From contig JBGAJU010000004.1 in NCBI GenBank assembly GCA_044224775.1, positions 18,084 through 82,083 of the forward strand: DNA of 64,000 nt. The letters are read 5' to 3'. This DNA comes from Flavipsychrobacter sp. Lineage in GTDB: Bacteria > Bacteroidota > Bacteroidia > Chitinophagales > Chitinophagaceae. Made by a program: the position numbers and the translations under genes. The notes beneath the pieces were generated by a model that worked only from the letters and a program-made list of their open reading frames with translations, was not told the DNA's origin and ran no database searches. Shown here piece by piece: positions 56,014-64,000 of this stretch (positions are counted from its first letter, which is position 1; the number at the start of each line of letters is the position of its first letter).

Positions 56014-57882
56014 ATGTTTCCCGAGTATGATGTAATAGTAGTTGGCGCAGGTCACGCTGGCTGTGAAGCTGCCGCTGCCGCTGCCAATATGGGCTCAAAG
56101 GTTTTGCTTGTTACTATGAATATGCAGACCATTGCCCAGATGAGCTGCAACCCGGCCATGGGCGGCATAGCCAAAGGCCAGATAGTTCGGGAGGTAGATG
56201 CACTTGGTGGATATAGCGGGATTGTCAGCGACAAGAGCATGATCCAGTTCCGGATGCTGAACAAGTCCAAGGGACCCGGCATGTGGAGTCCCCGCTGCCA
56301 GAGTGATCGTATGCAGTTTGCTGCTACCTGGCGTGAGATGCTTGAGAACACTCCTAATCTTGATTTTTGGCAGGATATGGTGAAGGGCTTAATTGTTTCA
56401 CGTGGAACAATTCAGGGGGTTGTAACCGGAATGGGGCAGGAAATAAGATCAAAATGTGTGGTTTTAACCAATGGAACGTTCTTAAATGGCGTAATTCATA
56501 TAGGCGAGAAGCAATTTGGCGGTGGCAGGATAGGCGAGAAAGGAGCAACTGGCATTACCGAGCAACTGGTAGAATTGGGCTTTGAAAGTGCCCGCCTCAA
56601 GACCGGCACTCCACCCCGCATAGACGGCCGTAGCTTGGATTACACTAAAATGGAGGTGCAGAACGGCGATGATGAAGTGGTTGGCTTCTCTTATCTACCC
56701 ATAAAAAAGATAAAACCCGCGGAACAACGTTGCTGCTGGATAACCTATACAAGTCCGGAAGTGCACGAAATTCTTAAGACTGGTTTCGAACAGTCTCCTA
56801 TGTACCAGGGCAGAATAAAGGGTTCTGGCCCAAGATATTGCCCCAGTATTGAGGATAAAATAAACCGATTTGCCGAAAGAGACCGCCACCAGCTCTTCGT
56901 GGAGCCCGAAGGATGGAGCACCGTGGAGATCTATGTGAATGGTTTCAGCACCTCTTTACCGGAGGATGTACAATATAAAGCCCTGAAAATGGTGCCCGGT
57001 TTCGAAAATTGTAAGTTTTTCCGTCCCGGGTATGCCATAGAGTACGATTATTTCCCGCCAACACAGCTCAAATTCACGCTGGAGACCAAATTGATTCGCA
57101 ATTTGTTCTTTGCCGGGCAGATAAATGGTACCACCGGCTACGAGGAAGCCGCATGCCAGGGATTAATGGCGGGCATAAATGCCTCAAGAAATGCACAAGA
57201 GCAGGAACCCGTGGTATTGGAAAGAAGCGATGCCTATATAGGGGTACTCATTGACGACCTGATAAATAAAGGTACTGACGAACCCTACCGGATGTTCACC
57301 AGCAGGGCAGAGTACCGTACCCTCCTTCGCCAAGATAATGCTGACCTACGGTTGACCGAACTCGGCCACAAAATAGGCCTGGCTGCAGACGAAAGGATGC
57401 AGTTGATGACAGAAAAGAAGGAAAAAGTAGCCCAAATAAAGAAAATATTAACTGATTTCCCGGTAGACCCTACTATGGCTGAAGGTTTACTGTCCGATAA
57501 TGGCTTCTCTGGTCTGTCCGAAAAGACTCGGGCAACAAAGATCTTACTGCGCCCCGGCATTGGATTAAAGGATATGGTGCAGCAAATACCCGGCCTGAAG
57601 GAAGCCATTGGTACCGACGATGCGCTGATACTGGAACAGGTGGAGATTCAGGTGAAGTATGATGTGTATATCGAAAAAGAGCAGGAGCTGGTGCAGAAGA
57701 TGAGCGCCCTGGAAGGTTTGAATATACCGGAGAACTTTAATTACGAGAAGCTCACAGCAATTTCCACCGAAGCCCGCCAGAAGCTGAACAAAATAAAACC
57801 TCGCACGCTAGGGCAGGCAAGCCGCATCAGCGGTGTCAACCCAAGCGACGTGCAAATATTAATGGTGTATATGGGGCGCTGA
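56014..57882 (+). CDS. mnmG: tRNA uridine 5-carboxymethylaminomethyl modification enzyme MnmG (GidA)
   Basis: YDVIVVGAGHAGCEAA FAD motif, SCNPAMGG, GPRYCPSIEDK, GQINGTTGYEEAA. ATG at 56014. Confidence 0.95.
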   Translation: MFPEYDVIVVGAGHAGCEAAAAAANMGSKVLLVTMNMQTIAQMSCNPAMGGIAKGQIVREVDALGGYSGIVSDKSMIQFRMLNKSKGPGMWSPRCQSDRMQFAATWREMLENTPNLDFWQDMVKGLIVSRGTIQGVVTGMGQEIRSKCVVLTNGTFLNGVIHIGEKQFGGGRIGEKGATGITEQLVELGFESARLKTGTPPRIDGRSLDYTKMEVQNGDDEVVGFSYLPIKKIKPAEQRCCWITYTSPEVHEILKTGFEQSPMYQGRIKGSGPRYCPSIEDKINRFAERDRHQLFVEPEGWSTVEIYVNGFSTSLPEDVQYKALKMVPGFENCKFFRPGYAIEYDYFPPTQLKFTLETKLIRNLFFAGQINGTTGYEEAACQGLMAGINASRNAQEQEPVVLERSDAYIGVLIDDLINKGTDEPYRMFTSRAEYRTLLRQDNADLRLTELGHKIGLAADERMQLMTEKKEKVAQIKKILTDFPVDPTMAEGLLSDNGFSGLSEKTRATKILLRPGIGLKDMVQQIPGLKEAIGTDDALILEQVEIQVKYDVYIEKEQELVQKMSALEGLNIPENFNYEKLTAISTEARQKLNKIKPRTLGQASRISGVNPSDVQILMVYMGR

Positions 57883-57883
57883 T

Positions 57884-58339
57884 ATGCTGGAGCCGGCCAT
57901 TCTTCATTATTGCAAATACCAGGAGCGCTGCCATTCAGAGGTGCGCAACAAATTGTATGAGCTCGGTTTCACCACCGATACGGTAGAACTGCAAATTTCA
58001 GAATTGATTCAGAACGGTGTCCTTAACGAAGAGCGCTTCGCCCGCGCCTTCGCCCGTGGCAAATTCAGGATGATGCATTGGGGCAGGGAGAAAATAAAAC
58101 AGCAGCTTAAGCTCAAAAAAGTCTCAGATTACTGCATAAAAAAGGGATTATCTGAGATAAATGCAGTAGAATACGAAGAAACGCTATATAAATTATTAAA
58201 TAAAAAATGTGTTGAGCTTCGCTCTGAACGCAGTATTCCTAAGAAAAAGTCTAAACTCTATCGTTACTTGATACAGAAAGGCTTTGAGCGCGACATGGTA
58301 ATGGATGCAATAAACGAATGTATGAGTAAAAATAAGTGA
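57884..58339 (+). CDS. recX: Regulatory protein RecX
   Basis: YCKYQERCHSEVRNKL and three-helix repeat composition. 151 aa. The start is 1 nt after the mnmG stop. Confidence 0.8.
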   Translation: MLEPAILHYCKYQERCHSEVRNKLYELGFTTDTVELQISELIQNGVLNEERFARAFARGKFRMMHWGREKIKQQLKLKKVSDYCIKKGLSEINAVEYEETLYKLLNKKCVELRSERSIPKKKSKLYRYLIQKGFERDMVMDAINECMSKNK

Positions 58340-58377
58340 AAACTTTTCTATATCTTTGAATAAACAATCCTGCAATT

Positions 58378-58764
58378 ATGGTGCAACAGGTTACTGAGGG
58401 CGTAAGCATAATGGTGGAAACGTTCTACCAGCCCGCTCACTCCAACCCCGTAAATTCCGAATACCTTTTTGCGTATCGCATCACTATCGAAAATCTTTCT
58501 GCGCACCCGGTAAAGTTGCTTAGCCGCCATTGGCATATTGTTGATAGCAACGGCACACATCGCGAAGTTGAAGGCGATGGTGTTGTTGGCCAGCAGCCGG
58601 TAGTATCTCCTGGCGATAGCTATCAATACACATCCGCATGTAATCTTAACAGCGATATCGGAAAGATGTATGGCACATACCTGATGGAAAATTTGTTTCA
58701 CAAAAGGAAGATAACCGTTGCCATTCCAGAGTTCCAGCTCATAGCCCCCGCAAAGCTGAATTAA
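58378..58764 (+). CDS. apaG: ApaG (DUF525) protein
   Basis: FAYRITIEN.....VKLLSRHWHIVDSNG..REVEGDGVVGQQPV..PG..Y.YTS is the ApaG signature. Confidence 0.85.
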   Translation: MVQQVTEGVSIMVETFYQPAHSNPVNSEYLFAYRITIENLSAHPVKLLSRHWHIVDSNGTHREVEGDGVVGQQPVVSPGDSYQYTSACNLNSDIGKMYGTYLMENLFHKRKITVAIPEFQLIAPAKLN

Positions 58765-58867
58765 GAAACAAAAAAATAAACCGATGTCATGGTGAGCCTG
58801 TCGAACCATTGCTTATGACTTGCACAATCTCTGAGAAAAGGACTTGGTTTTTAAAACGCTCTTTCAT

Positions 58868-59227
58868 ATGAATGATAACAACACCTCCATCGCACTACAA
58901 TGGTTTGCTGCATTCAATGAGCAAAACCTTGAAAAGTTGCTTGCGTTGTACGACGATAACGCACAACACTACAGCCCCAAACTAAAGATACGCCAACCCG
59001 AAACTAATGGCCTCGTAACCGGCAAAGCCGCGCTGCGCGCATGGTGGCGCGATGCATTCGATAGATTACCAACACTCAATTATCAACCCACAACACTCAC
59101 CGCGAACAACGAACGCGTATTCATGGAATACATTCGCCACGTGGAACATGAGCCCGATATGCTCGTTGCCGAAGTGCTGGAAATAAAAGACGGATTGATC
59201 GTTGCATCAAGGGTGTATCACGGGTAG
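58868..59227 (+). CDS. SnoaL-like / NTF2-fold protein
   Basis: ALQWFAAFNEQNLEKLLALYDDNAQHYSP... is a typical SnoaL_2 N-terminus. ATG at 58868 preferred over TTG at 58844. Confidence 0.6.
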   Translation: MNDNNTSIALQWFAAFNEQNLEKLLALYDDNAQHYSPKLKIRQPETNGLVTGKAALRAWWRDAFDRLPTLNYQPTTLTANNERVFMEYIRHVEHEPDMLVAEVLEIKDGLIVASRVYHG

Positions 59228-59408
59228 CTGTTATTACACCTGAAAAAAGCTTGCAAATTCAATACTTTTTCTGTCCCAGGCGAGTCTGTACAGAGTAGCC
59301 TTGCTGTGGCAGCAATCGGCTGTTCACATAGAGCAAATTAACTTCCTTCAAATCGGTTCTTTTTTACACACAAAATCAGGCCAAGCCCTCGTCCACAGCA
59401 ACTATTTT

Positions 59409-59451
59409 CCATCATGGTACAGTAACGGTACCATCATGGATTTTTCTTTTT
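59409..59451 (+). terminator. Possible hairpin terminator
   Basis: ccatcatggtac ... gtaccatcatgg forms 11 of 12 pairs, followed by atttttcttttt. It sits about 180 nt after the SnoaL-like stop, so the assignment is uncertain. Confidence 0.35.
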
Positions 59452-59616
59452 GCCATCCCCAAAACAATAGTGAACTTTGCAACGTTACAACTCATTTTTC
59501 ATGCTGAAGAGTAGGAGGTATAGAACTAAGCATCTTTTCCTGCTGGTTTGCAAGCTCCATTGCACAGTGCATGCATTTACCTGCGTTTGTTCAGAACGAC
59601 AAAAAGAGATGGAAAA

Positions 59617-59647
59617 TGTTTAGTAATTGTTCAGTAATGTTCGGTAA
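59617..59647 (+). repeat. Three tandem copies of a 10-11 nt motif, TGTTYRGTAA
   Basis: tgtttagtaa (59617), tgttcagtaa (59628) and tgttcggtaa (59638). A further copy, tgttcagtaa, lies at 59707-59716 immediately before the pdxJ ATG. Confidence 0.8.
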
Positions 59648-59719
59648 ACAAAGCGTAACTTGTTGGTTATCAGCAAAAATGTTGTAAGAAAAAAATTTTT
59701 CAAAAATGTTCAGTAAACA

Positions 59720-60436
59720 ATGACAAAACTCTCAGTAAACATCAACAAAATAGCTACCCTGCGCAACAGCCGTGGCGGCAACAATCCCGATGTGGTAAAA
59801 GCCGCTATCGATTGCCAGCAATTTGGTGCAGATGGTATCACCGTTCATCCCCGCCCCGATGAAAGGCACATACGCTACAGCGATGTAAGAGAAATAAGCA
59901 AAATAATAACAACTGAATTCAACATAGAAGGCAACCCCAAAGAAGATAAATTCGTGCAGCTGGTGCTCGATGTAAAACCGGCACAGGTTACACTTGTGCC
60001 CGATACACAGGGCCAGCTTACATCTGATCATGGCTGGGACACGATAGCAGAACAAAAATACCTGCAGCAAATTATCGAGGTGTTCAAAAAAGCAGGCATC
60101 CGCGTTTCCATATTCGTAGATCCCGTGGAACGTATGGTCGAAGCCGCAGGCGATACGGGTACCAATAGGGTGGAGCTATACACAGAAGACTATGCAAGAA
60201 ACTATCACAATGATAGGGATGTGGCTGTTGCTCCATACGTAAGGGCGGCACAGATTGCCATGCACCGCGGGCTTGGCCTCAATGCCGGCCACGACCTGGA
60301 CAGGGACAACCTTAAATTTTTCAGACAGTCCATCCCGAACCTTTTAGAGGTTTCCATCGGCCATGCCCTCATCGCAGATGCTATCTATTATGGTCTGGAG
60401 AATGTTGTGCAGCTATACAAGCGCTGCCTGGTTTAA
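59720..60436 (+). CDS. pdxJ: Pyridoxine 5'-phosphate synthase PdxJ
   Basis: LSVNINKIATLRNSRGG, GITVHPRPDERHI, NIEGNP, AGHDL, EVSIGHALI. 238 aa. Confidence 0.95.
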   Translation: MTKLSVNINKIATLRNSRGGNNPDVVKAAIDCQQFGADGITVHPRPDERHIRYSDVREISKIITTEFNIEGNPKEDKFVQLVLDVKPAQVTLVPDTQGQLTSDHGWDTIAEQKYLQQIIEVFKKAGIRVSIFVDPVERMVEAAGDTGTNRVELYTEDYARNYHNDRDVAVAPYVRAAQIAMHRGLGLNAGHDLDRDNLKFFRQSIPNLLEVSIGHALIADAIYYGLENVVQLYKRCLV

Positions 60437-60506
60437 TGTGGCGAATATGAAGAATTTAGTAGTGTTGCCATCTGTTAATAGTAAAAACAGGAACGATTAT
60501 TGTATA

Positions 60507-60514
60507 TATATTTG
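60507..60514 (+). promoter_or_regulatory. Candidate -7 promoter box
   Basis: TATATTTG lies 59 nt upstream of the ATG at 60573. Confidence 0.25.
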
Positions 60515-60572
60515 TGAAGCGCCTGCCTATCAATATATCTTCTCAAGATCTTAATGTTTAAAAACAGAGCTG

Positions 60573-61985
60573 ATGCACAAGAAAATTATATTGTTATTTG
60601 CAGCCCTTGGCTGTCTGGCTTTTGGTGCTCAGGCGCAGCACTACTTAGGTTTGGCAACCGGTGAATACAGCGCTATCAACAGCCTCTACCTCAACCCGGC
60701 AAGTATATCGGGTGCAAAAGAGAAGATAGTAGTGAATCTTTTGTCTATGAACTTCTCGGTCGACAATAGTCTTGGCACCTTCAGCAAGCTGGGCGATATC
60801 GGCAAGAATAATACCGAAGCATTTAACTTGTCCGGCAAAAGAGACCAACCTTTCAGCATGGCGGTACCGGCGCTGGAACTGCGCTTACCTGCAATATTAG
60901 TTAGCCTCAATGATAAGCACCAACAAAGCTTTGCGTTGACCACACGTGTAAGGGCAATGAACCAGTTCAACCATTTTGATCCTTCACTGTATCAGAATAT
61001 CGTATCAGATGAGTATATAGATCAGGACTACCGTTTCACCACAACCAACTTCAATTGGACCGTGCATGCATGGAGCGAGATAGGCCTCAGCTATGCCTTG
61101 AAGGTATTTGACAAAGGCCCGCATAAACTGAGAGCAGGCATAACTTTGCGCTACCTGGGCGGTGTAAAATATCTTGGTCTCAAAGGCCGCAATTTTGATG
61201 CAGCCTATAAAAAAGGAAGCGATACGGTGTTTGCATCCAATTCCGACATTTCATTTGCGAGCAACGCTGTTAAGTCCGATGATGTTTTTTCCAACGGCGT
61301 CACCGGCGATGCAGTGCTTAGCTCACTATTTGGCGCAAAATCGGGTAGTGGTTTTGGTATGGATATCGGGGTTTCTTATACTTATCAATTGGATGGCGAT
61401 GATTTGTCAGACGACGATAATAGCGATGGGCGACGCATAACCGTCTCAGCGGCCGTTAGGGATATTGGTGCCATAAAATACAGGCAAGGTGAGAACTTTG
61501 TGGTGAACGTGACCGGCAATGGTTACCTCACCGGGCAGGGACTGGAAGATAAGCTGGGCAGCTATGAAGAATTCAGGAATTATGTGAAGTCCCAGGGCTT
61601 TACCGTTGATACAGGTTCTTTTGCCACAAAAGTCTACATGCCAACAACAATGGTGCTTGGTGCAGACTATCAAATAGTTAAACACATAGCAATAAATGCT
61701 ACGTTTATAGGCAATCTTGCCAACCGGCAGAATTATGGCAACTCTTACTACAGTCGCCTCACGTTTACTCCTCGTTTCGAGAACAAATTCTTTACCGTTG
61801 CCTTGCCCATAGGCTATAGTTGGCTGGCTAAGGATATAAAATTGGGTCTGGGCTTTCGCATAGCAGGCTTCTTCTTTGGTAGCGACGACATGCTGGCGGT
61901 GCTGAGCAGCAACCAACACGGCATGGGTTTTTATATGGGCGGCTATGTGCCCATATTCAAGAAGGCTAAAAAGAATAGATTTTAA
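60573..61985 (+). CDS. Uncharacterised outer-membrane beta-barrel protein, paralog 1 (possibly the DUF5723 family)
   Basis: Signal peptide ending AQAQ. N-terminal LGLATGEYSAINSLYLNPASI. Beta-rich sequence ending in ...KKNRF. Clearly homologous to the next gene. Confidence 0.6.
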   Translation: MHKKIILLFAALGCLAFGAQAQHYLGLATGEYSAINSLYLNPASISGAKEKIVVNLLSMNFSVDNSLGTFSKLGDIGKNNTEAFNLSGKRDQPFSMAVPALELRLPAILVSLNDKHQQSFALTTRVRAMNQFNHFDPSLYQNIVSDEYIDQDYRFTTTNFNWTVHAWSEIGLSYALKVFDKGPHKLRAGITLRYLGGVKYLGLKGRNFDAAYKKGSDTVFASNSDISFASNAVKSDDVFSNGVTGDAVLSSLFGAKSGSGFGMDIGVSYTYQLDGDDLSDDDNSDGRRITVSAAVRDIGAIKYRQGENFVVNVTGNGYLTGQGLEDKLGSYEEFRNYVKSQGFTVDTGSFATKVYMPTTMVLGADYQIVKHIAINATFIGNLANRQNYGNSYYSRLTFTPRFENKFFTVALPIGYSWLAKDIKLGLGFRIAGFFFGSDDMLAVLSSNQHGMGFYMGGYVPIFKKAKKNRF

Positions 61986-62072
61986 ATTTATCCATACAAC
62001 CATTTTAAATTCAAGATGTTTGTATTACTTTAGAGGCTGTATGCCCGATTCATCGGGAGAAAACTTATTTGA

Positions 62073-63731
62073 ATGAAAAGATCGTTATACACGCTTGCCA
62101 TACTTAGTTTGTTTTCGGGTGCGGCAAAAGCACAATATAATTTAGGTGTAGCAACAAGTAATTGGAGCGGCCTGAACAGCCTCTACCTTAACCCCGCAAA
62201 TATTGCGGACAGCAGGCATCGGCTGGCAATAGACATTGTTGGCATAAATGCCGGTGTTGATAATAACCTCGGTACGCTCAATACCAACGGTGGGATATTT
62301 GACCTTGTGAATGATGGAAATAGCAACAATATATTTAAGTACGGTAACAACAATACCTTTAGTCTGCTTGCACCATATGTGCATTTCCGCTTGCCCGGAG
62401 TAATGGTGAGCATTAACAGCCGCCACAGTGTAGCGTTGACAGCAGGTATACGCGGCATGAACCAGTTCAACAATTTCGATCGTTCATTATACCGTACGCT
62501 TACCGAAACAGATTATGCTCCTGAAGGCAATGTGGATCTGACATCAAGAATGTTCAATTACACAGCGCACGTTTGGAGCGAGATAGCAGGCTCTTATGGA
62601 GCAGTTGTTGTTGATGAATTTCAACACAAACTAAAGGTTGGTGTTACATTGCGTTATCTTGGCGGCATTGGTTACATTGGTTTGCGTGGCAACAACCTTG
62701 ATGCACATTATAAAGGCGGCGATAATGATACACTGTTCGTAACAAAGTCTGACCTTGAGTTTGCGAGCAATGCCATCAGTACAAGAAGCGCCGTGGTTAA
62801 TGGCATTTCTAACCACAACATTTTTGACGATTTCTTTGGTTCTAAAGATGGTCATGGATTTGGTGGTGATATAGGTGTGGTTTATGAATTCAATCCAAAC
62901 CCCACCGAACATGCAGATTACCACAATGCTAAAAAGGGCCGCAGGAATAATGCTAAGAATAACTACCTTCTGCGCGCTTCGGCAGCAATAGTAGACATTG
63001 GCTCTATAAAATACAGTCGCGATAACAACTCGAATGCACGTGTAACAGGTGATGGAGTTGTAGTGGGCAATGATTTTGAAAGCAAAGTGAGCAACTATGA
63101 GACCTTCAGGGAGTATGCTGTATCACATGGTTTCACCGCAGATTCATTCCACAGGGATACAAGGGTATATATGCCAACAAGACTGAACATGGCAGTAGAT
63201 GTGCGTGTTTACAAACGCATATACGTTAATGCGATGTTTGTTGCCAACCTTGCTAACCGCCAAAACTTTGGCAACTCTTATTACAACCAACTGACCGTAA
63301 CACCACGTTACGATTCAAAATTGTTCAGTGTAGGTATGCCTGTCACATATGGTATATTGTCTAACACCGTGAAAATGGGTGTTGGTATAAGGTTCAGCGG
63401 ATTCTATATCGGTAGCGATGATATGTTGGCGCTTGTTGCTGGTAACCAATCAGGTGCAAACGTTTATGTAGGTGGATTTATTCCATTAAACAAACGAGCT
63501 CCGAAAGAACATTATCATCGTGATGATGAAGACACTTCCGGTGTTGAGATAGAGCCAGACTACGATCATGGTGGCAGCAATGACGAAGATGATGCTGATC
63601 GTTCCAGGTCAAACAGACGTGGCGGTGGAAATCCAGAAGAAAAGTCTTCTCCCCGAGACAGGGACGAAATGAACAATTCTTTTTCAGGCCGCAAAGAAGA
63701 GATGAACAGGGAGATCGAAAAAAAAGATTAA
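62073..63731 (+). CDS. Uncharacterised outer-membrane beta-barrel protein, paralog 2, with a charged disordered C-terminal tail of about 75 aa
   Basis: Shares NSLYLNPANI, RLPGVMVSIN..H..ALT.G.RGMNQFNNFD.SLY, LRYLGG.GY.GL.G.N.DA and ANLANRQNFGNSYY with paralog 1. The tail is HYHRDDEDTSGVEIEPDYDHGGSNDEDDADRSRSNRRGGG... Confidence 0.6.
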   Translation: MKRSLYTLAILSLFSGAAKAQYNLGVATSNWSGLNSLYLNPANIADSRHRLAIDIVGINAGVDNNLGTLNTNGGIFDLVNDGNSNNIFKYGNNNTFSLLAPYVHFRLPGVMVSINSRHSVALTAGIRGMNQFNNFDRSLYRTLTETDYAPEGNVDLTSRMFNYTAHVWSEIAGSYGAVVVDEFQHKLKVGVTLRYLGGIGYIGLRGNNLDAHYKGGDNDTLFVTKSDLEFASNAISTRSAVVNGISNHNIFDDFFGSKDGHGFGGDIGVVYEFNPNPTEHADYHNAKKGRRNNAKNNYLLRASAAIVDIGSIKYSRDNNSNARVTGDGVVVGNDFESKVSNYETFREYAVSHGFTADSFHRDTRVYMPTRLNMAVDVRVYKRIYVNAMFVANLANRQNFGNSYYNQLTVTPRYDSKLFSVGMPVTYGILSNTVKMGVGIRFSGFYIGSDDMLALVAGNQSGANVYVGGFIPLNKRAPKEHYHRDDEDTSGVEIEPDYDHGGSNDEDDADRSRSNRRGGGNPEEKSSPRDRDEMNNSFSGRKEEMNREIEKKD

Positions 63732-63735
63732 CCCA

Positions 63736-64000
63736 ATGACGGCTACTATCTTCTCCGATCATCATTTGAACGATGAGATTAAAAGATTTGCTCGAACAAA
63801 GAAAGTAAGCCGGGATACTGTGCTTATGCAGCCCGGAGATGAGATAGTTTTTCTGCCCATAGTCCAAAAAGGTGTGCTCCGGATCACCAGACAGGACAAA
63901 GAAGGCAGGGAAATTTTCCTTTATCACTTGTACCCGGGGCAAACCTGCGCTATGGCTATCAACTGCTGCCAGTCGCACAAAAAAAGCATGGTAAAAGCCA
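63736..64000 (+). CDS. Crp/Fnr-family regulator, N-terminal cNMP-binding-like domain. The 3' end lies outside the window.
   Basis: My own translation from the ATG at 63736: MTATIFSDHHLNDEIKRFARTKKVSRDTVLMQPGDEIVFLPIVQKGVLRITRQDKEGREIFLYHLYPGQTCAMA... This follows the beta-roll pattern of Crp/Fnr effector domains. The frame is open to the window end. Confidence 0.65.
   Translation, partial: MTATIFSDHHLNDEIKRFARTKKVSRDTVLMQPGDEIVFLPIVQKGVLRITRQDKEGREIFLYHLYPGQTCAMAINCCQSHKKSMVKA

Noticed and set aside
58348-58809. 153-aa minus-strand ORF fully overlapping apaG.
   Set aside because: The plus frame carries the complete ApaG signature. The antisense product has no motifs, and its start would lie inside the next intergenic region.
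59301-59507. 68-aa ORF in the long intergenic region upstream of pdxJ.
   Set aside because: It has a non-ATG start and no motif, and its composition is unlike the neighbouring genes. I treat the region as non-coding leader or regulatory DNA.
61446-63978. Minus-strand ORFs of 185 aa (61446-62003) and 166 aa (63478-63978) overlapping the tandem barrel genes and the Crp-like start.
   Set aside because: The plus-strand genes are mutually homologous paralogs, which validates that frame. The antisense products are His/Cys-rich and have no signal peptides or motifs.

Overview
This window looks like 64 kb of densely packed core chromosome from a Bacteroidota bacterium, probably Chitinophagaceae/Sphingobacteriia-like. 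Supporting signs are two proteins with T9SS C-terminal sorting domains, a GLPGLI-family protein, TonB-type receptors with CarboxypepD_reg domains, TAnnTTTG -7 boxes and no Shine-Dalgarno signals. I call about 50 protein genes. Housekeeping genes recognised with confidence are clpC, rnz, mutL, mazG, murB, hutH, nadA, mnmG (gidA), recX, apaG and pdxJ. I saw no rRNA or tRNA genes, CRISPR arrays, transposases, integrases or phage genes. I did not find a convincing novel multi-gene system such as a defence island. The strongest unexplained signal is a 0.9 kb AT-rich, gene-free gap (51021-51922). It has a cluster of DnaA-box-like 9-mers, a box / GC cluster / TAA-TAG trinucleotide run / AT tract arrangement, and a switch in gene orientation, so I propose it as a candidate oriC. 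Secondary observations:
- A FadL-like porin is paired with an SGNH-fold lipoprotein whose catalytic Ser and His appear substituted.
- A low-GC single-gene island encodes a TMTC-like membrane/TPR protein.
- Two uncharacterised outer-membrane paralogs sit in tandem.
- A GLPGLI protein is paired with a receptor-like barrel.
- A nitrilase-family gene appears to carry an in-frame internal deletion.
- A membrane-anchored patatin is present.
- Several short repeat or palindrome motifs lie in intergenic DNA.
All functional calls come from motif recognition by eye. No database search was run.
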